Shown here one piece after another: positions 1 to 12,719 of a DNA stretch of 64,000 nt. The stretch is from Tubiluchus corallicola (taxonomy: Eukaryota > Animalia > Priapulida). The stretch is from positions 744,001-808,000 of the forward strand of contig JAQGDQ010000047.1 in assembly GCA_030141605.1 (NCBI GenBank), written 5' to 3'. Below the pieces are notes generated by a model, which was given only the letters and a program-made list of their open reading frames with translations, did no database searches and was not told the origin of the DNA. Position 1 is the first letter of the stretch. The number at the start of each line of letters is the position of its first letter. The translations under genes were made by a program, and so were the position numbers.

Positions 1-3000
1 ATATATTTATACATCATTGCGCAAACTTTTTAGTCAACCATTTGATGCTGGTGTTAGAATGCCGCATGTGTGAACTATGGAATATTGTATTTAGTTAGTT
101 TAAACATAATTTATTATAGGATTAGATCAGACACTTTGAACAACATGATTTAGGATCCTCACTACAACAGACTATATACAACTGTCAGTTGTATATAATG
201 TATTTTGATGTTATACATCTAGACGATGTATTTTCAGTCTGAGGAGAATATTATACAGTAATCAGAATTTATTATGTAAGTGCACATTAAACTGTGATAT
301 AGGATTCACATCTTCTATTAGAAAACGATTCTATTAATTGCAAGTTTTACGTTGTAATTAACACAATACTAATAACTTTTTTTGTACTAGCATTGTTCCA
401 ATAATTAAGTATCATTGTGTAATTTTTCTTTCATTTAACTATGTCATTTATTCATCATTTTTTGGAATTTTCCTTGTAATTTTATGGTAAATGTGTGACG
501 TTGTATTTTGTAAAATGAACTCTGGTTTGCAACAATAGTATGAAAATCATCTCAAAAATTTCATATTTGCTTGAATGTAGATTCTCTTCTAACTTCATGT
601 AAAACATCTTTTGCATGTATGTTTATATCAATATCAAATAACAATTTTGTAATGTCTACATTTACTCCATATTTCACTTTTTTTGGTATTTTAATGTGTA
701 ACAAAAAGAGGGACATTTGGCCATTTCACATTCTTTTGTATTTTCTAAAGGCCATCATGTATGCCATATTTTTTATTATGTGACTATATGAGTGAGAGAA
801 ACAATTGAAAACGTGCCTAATTATCGATTTTATGTGAATAATGCATTCAACTTATGGAAGTTTTTATGGAATGTACAGTATTTCAAGCTGGGTTCTATAA
901 GAATTTGCTCATTTTTTGTACTGTTTAAGGAACTTTTCCTTTTCACTAGAAGCAGCAAAATTTCGTCAAAATTTCAAGTTAGGAAGAAATCTCAAGTGTA
1001 TTATGAAGTGATTCAGGGTCGTTTTTATGTACTGTATTCTCAAATAGTATTCAAAGGTAGAATCTGTAGACCTGTGGCAAAAAATACAGAAATCTTGTAA
1101 TTTCATACATAACAGGTTGTTTGATATTAGAAATATTGATCTAAAGTTTTCACTATTTGCTTTTGTAGAATTGGTATTTTAGTAACTTATACTTTATACA
1201 AGTAGGGTATATTAACATCGTAATCATCGCCAGACTCAAAAGGCAATCAAAGATGGCCTCGGATTAGTGAGTCAATTTTTTTGCACACTGAAAACAGCAC
1301 AAATTTTGTATTAGCTATACTGAGTCTGAGATAATCAAGACAGATTTGTGTATTTATCCATTAAATGCTGAAGGTGTCACTGTTCAATAATCATTCTAGA
1401 AAGAGGTTTAGAAATTATAGTTTCAAAACTTCTGAGCACATCCAAGTAAAATCTTTCGTCTTTAAACACCCAGAGTAGGGCAAGATCATCGTGAAGGGGC
1501 CCAGTTCTAACTTTTATGGTTTTATATAATTTTAATTTGTTAGGTGGTTTTGTGGATTTATATTAAAGTATATATGTTGAATTCTTCATTAAAAGTTGAT
1601 TTGATCCATTATCTTTGCCAGTAAAGCCGGATTGTTGGTAGGATAGTGTCGTTAGTATCCGTCTGTCTATTACATAGTTGTTGGCATTTTGAATATGAAA
1701 AATGAAAGTTTGAACAATCAACATTACATGACATAACTGGACCCAGACTATCCGAGCTTGGTTGGTTGCTGACATACAAATGTTACTGGTGCTCATATCG
1801 AATGTGAGGTTCGCAGCATGATTGCATACTTTGAAAAAATTATTGTGCACTAATGATCAAAATTTAATTTTGGCATAGGTATTGGCCCAAATGTACTTGT
1901 ATCTGCTGGTATGTTTCCAGCTCAGAAAGGTAAAGGTCAAAGTCACGTATCACTTCATAACATGAGTACCTTGAATATGACTGACCAAATTTCATTATTA
2001 ATAAATCATCTAAAGCTGTATATTGCATGCTGATTTTTTATGCTAGGGGCTATGAAATTTTAGATGAAAATTAGAAGCAAGGATTTAGCAGCTGCAAATA
2101 GTGATGAAAGAAATTTCCATTTTTATTTTTTTGCATTCCACAGACCTCGCCTAAACTAGAATGGCCAGCCGTTTTGAATTTTTGAAGTTGCACGTTTCTG
2201 TAATTACCTAGCCTATAATTTAATCATGACCAAGAGGTGAGTTTACCAGATTACAGGTTTTACATGAACCAATTAAAGCCTAAACTGTGGGATAAGTGAT
2301 GTTGTGATACTTGTGAATTGATGTGTGATGTCTTCAGTTGTTCATCCTTCTTTGCGTTGGACTGGTTCAGCAGTCGCCTCAGGGGCAACGTGGTGCTGAG
2401 TGACCTGTGTGTATGTTTGCTTGCAAAACTCCTACAACATGGACATTTTAAACTGTGATCAGTAGATCAGCATGTGTGAGAAGTCCATTACAGATTGTAT
2501 AATTTTACATGTGTGTATGTGATTGTAATACGTTTTCGTGGACGCTTTTAGTTTGATATAAATCCTACTGACTTTACATATGTTTTTTGATAATAAGTTC
2601 TAAGGTGTTTAGATGTCAAACTATTGTGTATCATGTAACGTGTGCTGAATTATTTTAGTGGCACAGTTAGTTATGGTTACTTGCAAAGATCTACCTTTTA
2701 CACAGTTTACTTTCGCATCGATCGTCCTGCCATAATAATTAATAACAGTGCGTCTCCCATTGCGTGTTCATCCACAGCGCTGTGGGATGGTATTGAAGAG
2801 ATGGTCATCCGTTCAGCAGATGCTAATTGTAGGTTTTATTTAATTCTCTACCAATAGTTATGTGAATCGAGCGTTGAATAGAATTTCCAGGTTGAGAGAA
2901 ACGTATTTTTGTGGATCAAAACACAGACGTGAAATATTTTCTTCCGTCCTGTATTTGTTTTTTTTGTTCACAGAAGGTACCTTTTGCACATTTTGAACTC

Positions 3001-4384
3001 CTAGATGTAGATGAGTGTAATTGCATGTTTGATCTGATTGTTTTTAGTCGGTTTAATATATTCATGTAGTATTTTTGCTTTATGTGTCGTCTTTGTATGT
3101 TGGTTGCTGACAGGCACTCCTAATATTTTACTCCTGTGTACTTGATACCTGCACCCTCATTAATTACATTGTAGTGCATAGCTGTCAGTACAGTGCACAA
3201 ATAGATAGAATAGGTACTAACGGCATTGTAAATATGGCACAAGAAAATAGAAAAGCAGGAAAAAGGACACTGCTAACTCAAAATATTAGTTAGGGTTAGG
3301 AATAAATCTTTTATTTATTTATTTAGTTTTGAAATTATTTGTACCAAAATAACATGTGTCTATGGGATTAGAGACAGTGGGTAGCGAGATGGCAGCTGAT
3401 TAGGTATGCTAAATTGTGAAACCAGTGAGACGATAACCTGCACAAGTAGGTGTGGCAACAGCGGTAGACCTCGCCAATTAAGAAGGGCGCTAATTTAGAT
3501 AGGATGTTAGGCCAACACATTTAAGTTCGCCAAAAGTGTTAAACTTAAATTCCGAGCTTTTGTCAGCAGATTTCGGGATGCTTCTGTCATTGTAAAGAGA
3601 AGCGCTTTACAGGCGGCGCTATTTGTCTTGCGTCACCTACGGATGTGAATCCTTGTTAGAAAAACAGTCTAAAGTGCGTTAACATTTGTACATGGAGTGT
3701 ACAAAAGCTGTGTCCGCCTAACAGCAACTAACGATTTGTGCCTTACTGAAATCGGCATATCAAATTTGCATATGTAAAAACCAAACTAGTTAAATTTTGG
3801 TCAAGAATGCGTGACATTGCTGACTTGCACGAACCTTTCGATGCCCCGTTTTCGGCGTCTTGTTGAAGCCGTGCAACCAAATACGTTTCTGACGAAATCA
3901 TTAGAAAAAAAGCCAATCGATGGGAATGGGCAAAAAGTATGATAAAATTCTTAATTCGTCTGGCTCTAAGGACACAACCTGCAAGACAATCAATCCTCGC
4001 TTAAAGGTAAACAAGGCTACTTAAACCGCAAATTCAGTTTCTGGAGTAGAAAGATTTGCCTTTACAAGATCACGCTTGTCCGCCCACGTTTTCATGATAG
4101 AAAGGAGGAGATGGGCTAGGCTATCCAGGAGAAGCACTTCTGTGTTTGTAAAGGAGACGTGCAGGACTCCTTTGTGCAAAAACTGAACATTTTAGAGAAC
4201 TTTTTAACAATTTGGACTTCAGCAACTTACAGTCACTTTATACAAATTTGGTGCGTTTTGTTCGAGGGTTTTACATTTTCAAGCGATCACAGACTTAACC
4301 TAACTTGCAGAACTGGAATTTTTTTGTAATTGCTCTGAATGGAGTCCAATGTATGCACTGCTATCACTGCTATAGTCTGGAGTC

Positions 4385-4720
4385 AGTGAGAGTACGCAGA
4401 TATATGCAATTTAAAATTTATCAACTAAAATTTGCAAATTGGGCTCAAACTTTTAGTTGCGCAACTATTTTGTAATTACTATTTTTAATGAGGGCGCGCA
4501 GCTTTTAACCAAACACAATAGTTAAGCATAAGAGGAAGGCAGTGTCCTACACAGAAGTACCATTAAATGTACAAGAGAGAGAAAAGAAAAACAAATTAAT
4601 GAACGTAAATCATTTGCACCACCTTTTAAGAGATTTATTGACAAATTTCTAAACTGGAGACCAAAATATGAAAATTTGATAACGTTTAAATTTTGATAAT
4701 GAACAGCGCATAATAGCACG
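4385..4720. mobile_element. Degenerate fragment related to the PIF/Harbinger element at 7465-8447
   Basis: Similar to 7539-7770 (cgcagatatatgcaa...ctcaaacttttagttgcgcaac...gaaaaacaaattaatgaa); duplicated at about 10245-10555. Confidence 0.6.
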
Positions 4721-5075
4721 TCTCAATCTCAATACAATCAATACATTTCTGTTGCTCACTGTTGATTCTATGTCCTATCTCAATGATAGACACGGCTTAC
4801 AATTATTATATTTCGCCATTTCTTCGTGAAACTGTATGTAGTTTTCGATGCTGACGCATACGCACGCATACCAAGGCCAAAGCTGAGTCCAAATTTAAAT
4901 TTTTCCAATACATAGAGGCTTTGGCATGCATGTTTGTAAAAAGGGGTGCTCGTTTTAACTAAACAAAGGGAATTCGGTTGAATCTTTATTGACTATGGAG
5001 TTCAGTTTTTATACTCTAATCAATTGTATGAACTCTAGTAGAATTTACATATAGACGATGAAAAGTGAACCTTTG

Positions 5076-5175
5076 AACTATTATTACTGCTACTACTGCT
5101 ACTACTGCTGCTGCGGCTGCTGTTACCACCACTACTACTACTACTACCACTACCACTACCACTATCACTACTACT
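5076..5175. repeat. Compound (CTA/CTG/CCA)n microsatellite
   Basis: Visible trinucleotide run ctactactgctgct...ccactacca. Confidence 0.9.
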
Positions 5176-7464
5176 TTTAGTGAATCAAAGGTGAGCCAAA
5201 TGAAAATATGAATACCTAAACGTTAAAATCGATAAAAAGTTAAATCCTATTTGCAGCAAGGATTTAGCAGCTGCAAATAGTGATGAAAGAAATTTCCATT
5301 TTTATTTTTTTGCATTCCACAGACCTCGCCTAAACTAGAATGGCCAGCCGTTTTGAATTTTTGAAGTTGCACGTTTCTGTAATTACCTAGCCTATAATTT
5401 AATCATGACCAAGAGGTGAGTTTACCAGATTACAGGTTTTACATGAACCAATTAAAGCCTAAACTGTGGGATAAGTGATGTTGTGATACTTGTGAATTGA
5501 TGTGTGATGTCTTCAGTTGTTCATCCTTCTTTGCGTTGGACTGGTTCAGCAGTCGCCTCAGGGGCAACGTGGTGCTGAGTGACCTGTGTGTATGTTTGCT
5601 TGCAAAACTCCTACAACATGGACATTTTAAACTGTAATCAGTAGATCAGCATGTGTGAGAAGTCCATTACAGATTGTATAATTTTACATGTGTGTATGTG
5701 ATTATAATACGTTTTCGTGGACGCTTTTAGTTTGATATAAATCCTACTGACTTTACATATGTTTTTTGATAATAAGTTCTAAGGTGTTTAGATGTCAAAC
5801 TATTGTGTATCATGTAACGTGTGCTGAATTATTTTAGTGGCACAGTTAGTTATGGTTACTTGCAAAGATCTACCTTTTACACAGTTTACTTTCGCATCGC
5901 TCGTCCAGCCATAATAATTAATAACAGTGCGTCACCCATTGCGTGTTCATCCACAGCGCTGTGGGATGGTATTGAAGAGATGGTCATCCGTTCAGCAGAT
6001 GCTAATTGTAGGTTTTATTTAATTCTCTACCAATAGTTATGTGAATTGAGCGTTGAATAGAATTTCCAGGTTGAGAGAAACGTATTTTTGTGGATCAAAA
6101 CGCAGACGTGAAATATTTTCTTCCGTCCTGTACTTGTTTTTTTGTTCACAGAAGGTACCTTTTGCACATTTTGAACTCCTAGATGTCGATGAGTGTAATT
6201 GCATGTTTGATCTGATTGATTTTAGTCGGTTTAATATATTCATGTAGTATTTTTGCTTTATGTGTCGTCTTTGTATGTTGGTTGCTGACAGGCACTCCTA
6301 ATATTTTACTCCTGGTGTACTTGATACCTGCACCCTCATTAATTACATTGTAGTGCATAGCTGTCAGTGCAGTGCACAAATAGATAGAACAGGTACTAAC
6401 GGCATTGTAAATATGGCACGAGAAAATAGAAAAGCAGGAAAAAGGACACTGCTAACTCAAAATATTAGTTAGGGTTAGGATTAAATCTTTTATTTATTTA
6501 TTTAGTTTTGAAATTATTTGTACCAAAATAACATGTGTCTATGGGATTAGAGACAGTGGGTAGCGAGATGGCACCTGATTAGGTATGCTAAATTGTGAAA
6601 CCAGTGAGACGATAACCTGCACAAGTAGGTGTGGCAACAGCGGTAGACCTTGCTAATTGCCGATGCTGTACTGTGCTGCACGAATCTCTTGCAGCTGAAT
6701 AACTCAAACATGTATCTTGAGCCAGTGACGGGTTTGATAAAAATGTAACGTGTAACCGAGCGTTATTGCATGCTATTGAATTCACGTTATTTTTCTGAAT
6801 CTCAATTTTTTAGTTCCAAAGCTACTTTTCGCTTTCACTAGACATGATTTCAAAGTTTTGGCGATTTGCCACTTTTTTATTGTTGGCAATTGAAACTGAA
6901 CTTGAAAATCACGAGGATTTACAGCGTTGTTTGTCGACTTGAATGTCCTTGATTGGACCGCGTTGCAAATCAATAGACCTGTAGCAAATCAAACAAACTA
7001 TTGGCGCCTTACAGGGCCCGAGGCGTATTAATTCAGCAGTTTTGAAATTAATCACACTTTTATATTCAGATTATACACCCGTTCAAGTGTCTAATGCGTT
7101 TAAATTGTTTATAAAATCAACACTGAAGTATATGCGTACTTGTAATGCATGGAAAACTTGCATAATCGTATATAGAGGATTATTAATTTTTGAAAGGTGG
7201 AATGCTGACTAACAAGCCCTGTTAGAGCGTATTCACATACTGCCAAATTGTGCGGTAAGTTGGTGACGGATACGCGTTATTCATTAAGGAGTGTGCTTTG
7301 AACACTGCTTTAGCTTTTTGTCAAGCTAACATCAGTGTAGGATGTATATGAACTAAGAAACGCACAATCCACATTTACTGACGCCGAATAAACCGCATTT
7401 TTTAGATTGCAGCGCGATTTGCTTGCTCCGCTTAGGCCGCAAATTACACGTGTATACGCCACTA

Positions 7465-8447
7465 GGCCCTGCGCAGATATGCAATTTTCAGTTGTGCAGT
7501 TAAAAATTACAAAATCTGTAAATAACTAAAGACTATGAGAACGCGCAGATATATGCAACTAAAAATTGCAATCTGGACTCAAACTTTTATTTGCGCAACA
7601 GGTTTTGTAATGTACTGTTTTCGATGAAAGCACGTGCAATTTTTAATCGTGCAACTTTTAATCAAAACACACTAGTTAAGCGTGAGAAAACGCAGTGTCT
7701 TGTGAAGAAGATCTATTAAACATACAAATGAGAGGAAAGAAAAACAAATTAATGAATATAAATCATGGTTAGCATCGCTGCTCGTACTTTTCAAGAAGTT
7801 CAGTGGCAAATTCAAAAAAAGGAGATCAAAACAGGAACTTTGTTAATCGAAAAGAGTACAGCGAACATAACTCGACGCAATGAACACATTTTTACCACTT
7901 GCTGCTGATTGATTGTATCAGCGCTTTCGATGGCATTTCGCAAATTTTAATGGTTTTAGCGAGAACTTTAGGCGCGCTGCGGCCCTTACCCTCACAATTA
8001 CCCTTAGAGAATACCCTTAGAGAAAGTCACTGAAAGTCGCTCCTCTACCGGAATGCTTTTTCTCCAACTAGTTCCTATTTTTTTCTATGGATGATGAATT
8101 GTTCAATAATACTCAACATTTCATCAAAACGATTTGAACTATCCGATAATAACTAAAGAATTTACTCGGAAGAGTCCGTAAGTCGTTATAGAACTTGTAA
8201 AATTGTCCTTTCAGTAATCGCTGGCTGGTTATTGGGTGGGTCCAATATTTCCGGCGTCTCTTTGTCTTTTTCTGAACTAATAATGCACAAATACCAGCTA
8301 CGTCTTCAGACTCCATACTGCCAGTTGCATAATCTAAAATTGTTTTTTGTCTGCGCGCCCGATTTTGGCGCACCAGTAAAATTGCAGCAATTTTCAGTTG
8401 TGCAACTTTTAGTTGTACAATTGAAGATCGCTGGACTGCGCGGGTCC
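7465..8447 (-). mobile_element. Internally deleted PIF/Harbinger DNA transposon with frameshifted transposase N-terminus
   Basis: Minus-strand translation RRRKYWTHPITSQRLLKGQFYKFYNDLRTLPSKFFSYYR, then across frameshifts FDEML and TSWRKSIPVEERLSVT, typical of Harbinger/HARBI1-like transposases. Degenerate TIRs ggccctgcgcag...ttcagttgtgca and (rc) ggacccgcgcag...ttcaattgtaca, about 33/47 matches by hand. Flanks CTA/TTA fit a 3-bp TWA target duplication. Confidence 0.85.
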
Positions 8448-10914
8448 TTACGTAGGAGTATACTAATGCACTCGGATTGTGCAGAAATGGTTTTAAGGGA
8501 CCAGCGGCAAAAAGTAAGATGAGTCAATTTTGAAGTGCTTCAAAAATATCGCAAAAAGTCGTATTGCGTAGAAGCATTCTTACTGCTTTGAAAGATAGAA
8601 ATAGTTAGCAGAAATAGATGGTATTGTGAAGATCGCCTGGTCTTGTAAAGTCTGTCTCGCCTTGTCTTTTAAACTAGTTCTAAGTAGTTTAATTTCAGCG
8701 ATTCATTTAAAGTTTAACGCTATCTTCTGCAGCGAGCTAGAGCAGCTCGTTTTCGTGGGTGCGAAGAGCACATAGTCGCTTTACGATTTATTTATTTTGC
8801 TAAAACGCTTAAAGACACATTGTTTGATTAATTGATTTTGCTAAAACGTATAAAGTAAAATTTTGTTTGTACTATTTATTGACTTCAATACAGCCTACAA
8901 TCGTGTCCACAGATCTAAACTACTGTAACGACTTATATCCCTGGGTTGGCGGAAGAAGAATGGGTTAGAAATCATTCAAGTCATATGCTCAACAACTAAA
9001 GTACTGATTAGGAGCGAAGAGCTCGAGGTGAACATTGGTGTGTGTGAAGGTGTTATTGCTTGCTATTTGTCTGGCACTTTTTGGTAGCAGGCATTCCTAC
9101 TACTGACGGATGATTCAGAGATTTTTGCCACTAGCAGGAAGTTGCTATAGAAGCTGCAGCTATTGTAGAGATGAGTACGGCATGATCATTAATCGAATTA
9201 AAATCAAATTTAGGGTGATAAACGGCGTAATTCATGACAGAAGTCCGGCCACACAGTGTAAGACTAATGGTTTTCTCAACATTTTAAATTGTACAAGCTG
9301 GTTTATCGTGGCTCGCCAATTAAGAAGGGCGCTAATTTAGATAGGATGTTAGGCCAACACATTTAAGTTCGCGAAAAGTGTTAAACTTAAATTCCGAGCT
9401 TTTGTCAGCAGATTTCGGGATGCTTCTGTCATTGTAAAGAGAAGCGCTTTACAGGCGGCGCTATTTGTCTTGCGTCACCTACGGATGTGAATCATTGTTA
9501 GAAAAACAGTCTAAAGTGCGTTAACATTTGTACATGGAGTGTACAAAAGCTGTGTCCGCCTAACAGCAACTAACGATTTGTGCCTTACTGAAATCGGCAT
9601 ATCAAATTTGCATATGTAAAAAGCAAACTAGTTAAATTTTGGTCAAGAATGCGTGACATTGCTGACTTGCACGAACCTTTCGATGCCCCGTTTTCGGCGT
9701 CTTGTTGAAGCCGTGCAACCAAATACGTTTCTGACGAAATCATTACAAAAAAAGCCTATCGATGGGAATGGGCAAAAAGTATAATAAAATTCTTAATTCG
9801 TCTGGCTCTAAGGACAGAACCTGCAAGACAATCAATCCTCGCTTAAAGGTAAACAAGGCTACTTAAACCGCAAATTCAGTTTCTGGAGTAGAAAGATTTG
9901 CCTTTACAAGATCCCGCTTGTCCGCCCACGTTTTCATGATAGAAAGGAGGAGATGGGCTAGGCTATCCAAGAGAAGCGCTTCTGTGTTTGTAAAGGAGAC
10001 GTGCAGGACTCCTTTGTGCAAAAACTGAACATTTTAGAGAACTTTTTAACAATTTGGACTTCAGCAACTTACAGTCACTTTATACAAAAAGTTCGGACCA
10101 ACGTAATGTGATGCGTTTTGTTCGAGGGTTTTACATTTTCAAGCGATCACAGACTTAACCTAACTTGCAGAACTGGAATTTTTTTGTAATTGCTCTGAAT
10201 GGAGTCCAATGTATGCACTGCTATCACTGCTATATGCTGGAGTCAGTGAGAGTACGCAGATATATGCAATTGAAAATTGATCGACTAAAATTTGCAAATT
10301 GGGCTCAAACTTTTAGTTGCGCAACTATTTTTAATGAGGGCGCGCAGCTTTTAACCAAACACAATAGTTAAGCATAAGAGGAAGGCACAGGAGCACCATT
10401 AAATATACAAGAGAGAGAAAAGAAAAACAAATTAATGAACGTAAATCATTTGCACCACCTTTTAAGAGATTTATTGACAAATTTCTAAACTGGAGACCAA
10501 AATATGAAAATTTGATAACGTTTAAATTTTGATAATGAACAGCGCATAATAGCACGTCTCAATCTCAATACAATCAATACATTTCTGTTGCTCACTGTTG
10601 ATTCAATGTCCTATCTCAATGATAGACACCGCTTACAATTATTATATTTCGCCATTTCTTCGTGAAACTGTATGTAGTTTTCGATGCTGACGCATACGCA
10701 CGCATACCAAGGCCAAAGCTGAGTCCAAATTTAAATTTTTCCAATACATAAAGGCTTTGGCATGCATGTTTGTAAAAATGGGTGCTCGTTTTAACTATGA
10801 CAAAGGGAATTCGGTTGAATCTTTATTGACTATGGAGTTCAGTTTTTATACTCTAATCAATTGTATGAACTCTAGTAGAATTTACATATAGACGATGAAA
10901 AGTGAACCTTTGAA

Positions 10915-11025
10915 CTATTACTACTGCTACTACTGCTGCTGCGGCTGCTGTTACTACCACTACTACTACTACCACTACCACTACCACTACCTCTACCACT
11001 ACCACTACCACTATCACTACTACTT
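10915..11025. repeat. Compound (CTA/CTG/CCA)n microsatellite, paralogue of 5076-5175
   Basis: Visible trinucleotide run; length differs from copy 1. Confidence 0.9.
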
Positions 11026-11631
11026 TTAGTGAATCAAAGCTGAGCCAAATGAAAATATGAATACCTAAACGTTAAAATCGATAAAAAGTTAAAATCAAAA
11101 TTGTTCACTGGAAATTACGGTCACCGAAAAAGCCGTAGTTGCCGGATCGTCGGCGTCTTCAGTATATTCTCTTGCCGCAGATCGTGCGTACATGCGCGTA
11201 GATTCTGCTGATATGTGCCTTACACACGCCTTAGTTGAGCTCATTCTTGTTCAGTATTGTATAATAATCGTACTATGTTTGCAGGCCTTCCATAATTTTC
11301 TCAGGAATGCATGTTTTGAGGGATGGTATCCATTTGCCATAAATATAATTGCAGTTCTATTGTAGGCTGTTGACATTAAAAGTAGTAGTTTGTGAATTTA
11401 TGCCTCATGGCTGTTTGTTGAATGCTTATGTCGCACCTAGTAATTACATGTTCAAACCGTCACCCTGTCAACCCTAGTAAAATTATCATCCTACTGGACT
11501 GTAAACGCACCTGTAACACTTATCGTAAATGTGGAAAGTTTATCAATGTTCACAAACAACATCTTACAGGCAGCTCATTCATTTATTAATATAGATATTT
11601 TTGATTGGATTGGGTGACTGACGCCGTGAAC

Positions 11632-12034
11632 TTTTAGTTCTTTCCTAGCCTTTCGTCACCAATATAAGATTATTTCTGTAGAATACTAATTATCACAAAT
11701 TCATACAGAATATTGTATAACTACTATGTCTTTGTTATTTGTCTTGCCATTTTGTGAAAAGTAATAAATAAATTTCTTACTTACCTGCTTACAGAAAATA
11801 ACATTTACCCTATTATGTGCTTACTAATAGTAGCCTTTCTGATAGGGTTTGTGATTTTTAGTACTTTTTAGTTCTTTCTCCAGTCTTACTAACGACAAGT
11901 ATCAATCCAAGATACGTCTGTAGAATACTAATCGTTACAGAATATTGCATATAATTATACATTTGTTACTTGTCTTGCCGTTTTGCAAAACGTAATAAAT
12001 AAATTCTTGACTTTCTTACCTACCTACATACTTG
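11632..12034 (+). repeat. Two diverged ~160-bp direct repeats resembling retroposon 3' tails
   Basis: 11632-11791 and 11866-12034 share tttagttcttt...tctgtagaatactaat...cagaatattg...ttgtcttgcc...gtaataaataaatt followed by a (CTTA)-like tail. Confidence 0.65.
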
Positions 12035-12719
12035 CAAAAAAGAATTTGTACATTTCTATATAAAAGACGTGATTTGAATGCAAAAGCTCTCTCGGTCAGT
12101 ACTCTGTTTCTCTAAACATTGCTACGTCTGTCTAGAACATAATTTGAATGCGAAGGGTCTCACTCAGGAGTCTGCCCCTCCCTAACTTAGCCTACTTGTC
12201 GATTTTTTGCAACGTGAAATTAGGCGCTTTCTGCAATATGAAACAACAGGCAGATATAAGATTGAACGCCAAATTTCCACAACTGTCCGGTAACTCATTG
12301 TAATTCTTGAGTACAAGTGTAATTAAATCAGCACGAACGTTGTAAACTGATTTAAAATTCTGTACGTGAAGCTTGTTCGTCGATTAGATACATGCGAACT
12401 TACTTGGCTCGAGGACGTAGACAGGTTTTATGCCACGTGGCTCGTTCATGCCAAGTATAAATTTTACAATTTTATTTTCATCGACTTCGACTGTGATTTG
12501 TCATAACTGATTTTACAGCGAAGTGGGTGCAATTTTGTTTGATGATTTGTTTGTTCGTTTGTGTGTTTGTTTGAAGTTCTATATCCTGGATTTGCCGCAT
12601 TAACTTTCAGAGGTCTAGCTTAACGTAATTAACTCCAAGTAATTTGCTTTGACTGTTGAAGTGTTCACGTTGTTAGAAACTATGTTCTTCTGCTAAATTT
12701 GAATTTGAGTACAAAAAGT

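Larger units (their letters stand above)
2076..5244 (+). repeat. Tandem segmental duplication, copy 1 (lacks a 2.66-kb segment present in copy 2)
   Basis: Starts agcaaggatttagcagctgcaaatag at 2076 and again at 5255; both copies end ...aaatcgataaaaagttaaa (5244, 11093). Near-identical with scattered SNPs and indels. ORF pairs 2642/5821 and 4522/10331 are duplicated. Confidence 0.97.
5255..11093 (+). repeat. Tandem segmental duplication, copy 2
   Basis: 5255-6650 matches 2076-3471 and 9314-11093 matches 3472-5244; 6651-9313 is unique to this copy. Confidence 0.97.

Noticed and set aside
1-2075. Short ORFs in AT-rich sequence and a possible Helentron-like non-autonomous repeat near 1608-1950 (aaggtcaaagtcac)
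   Set aside because: ORFs have low-complexity random composition; the repeat is a single decayed copy without definable ends.
11100-11230. CpG-rich patch with a 32-codon minus-strand ORF and an NRF1-like motif just past the duplication end
   Set aside because: Too short and unrecognised; cannot distinguish a promoter from transposon sequence.
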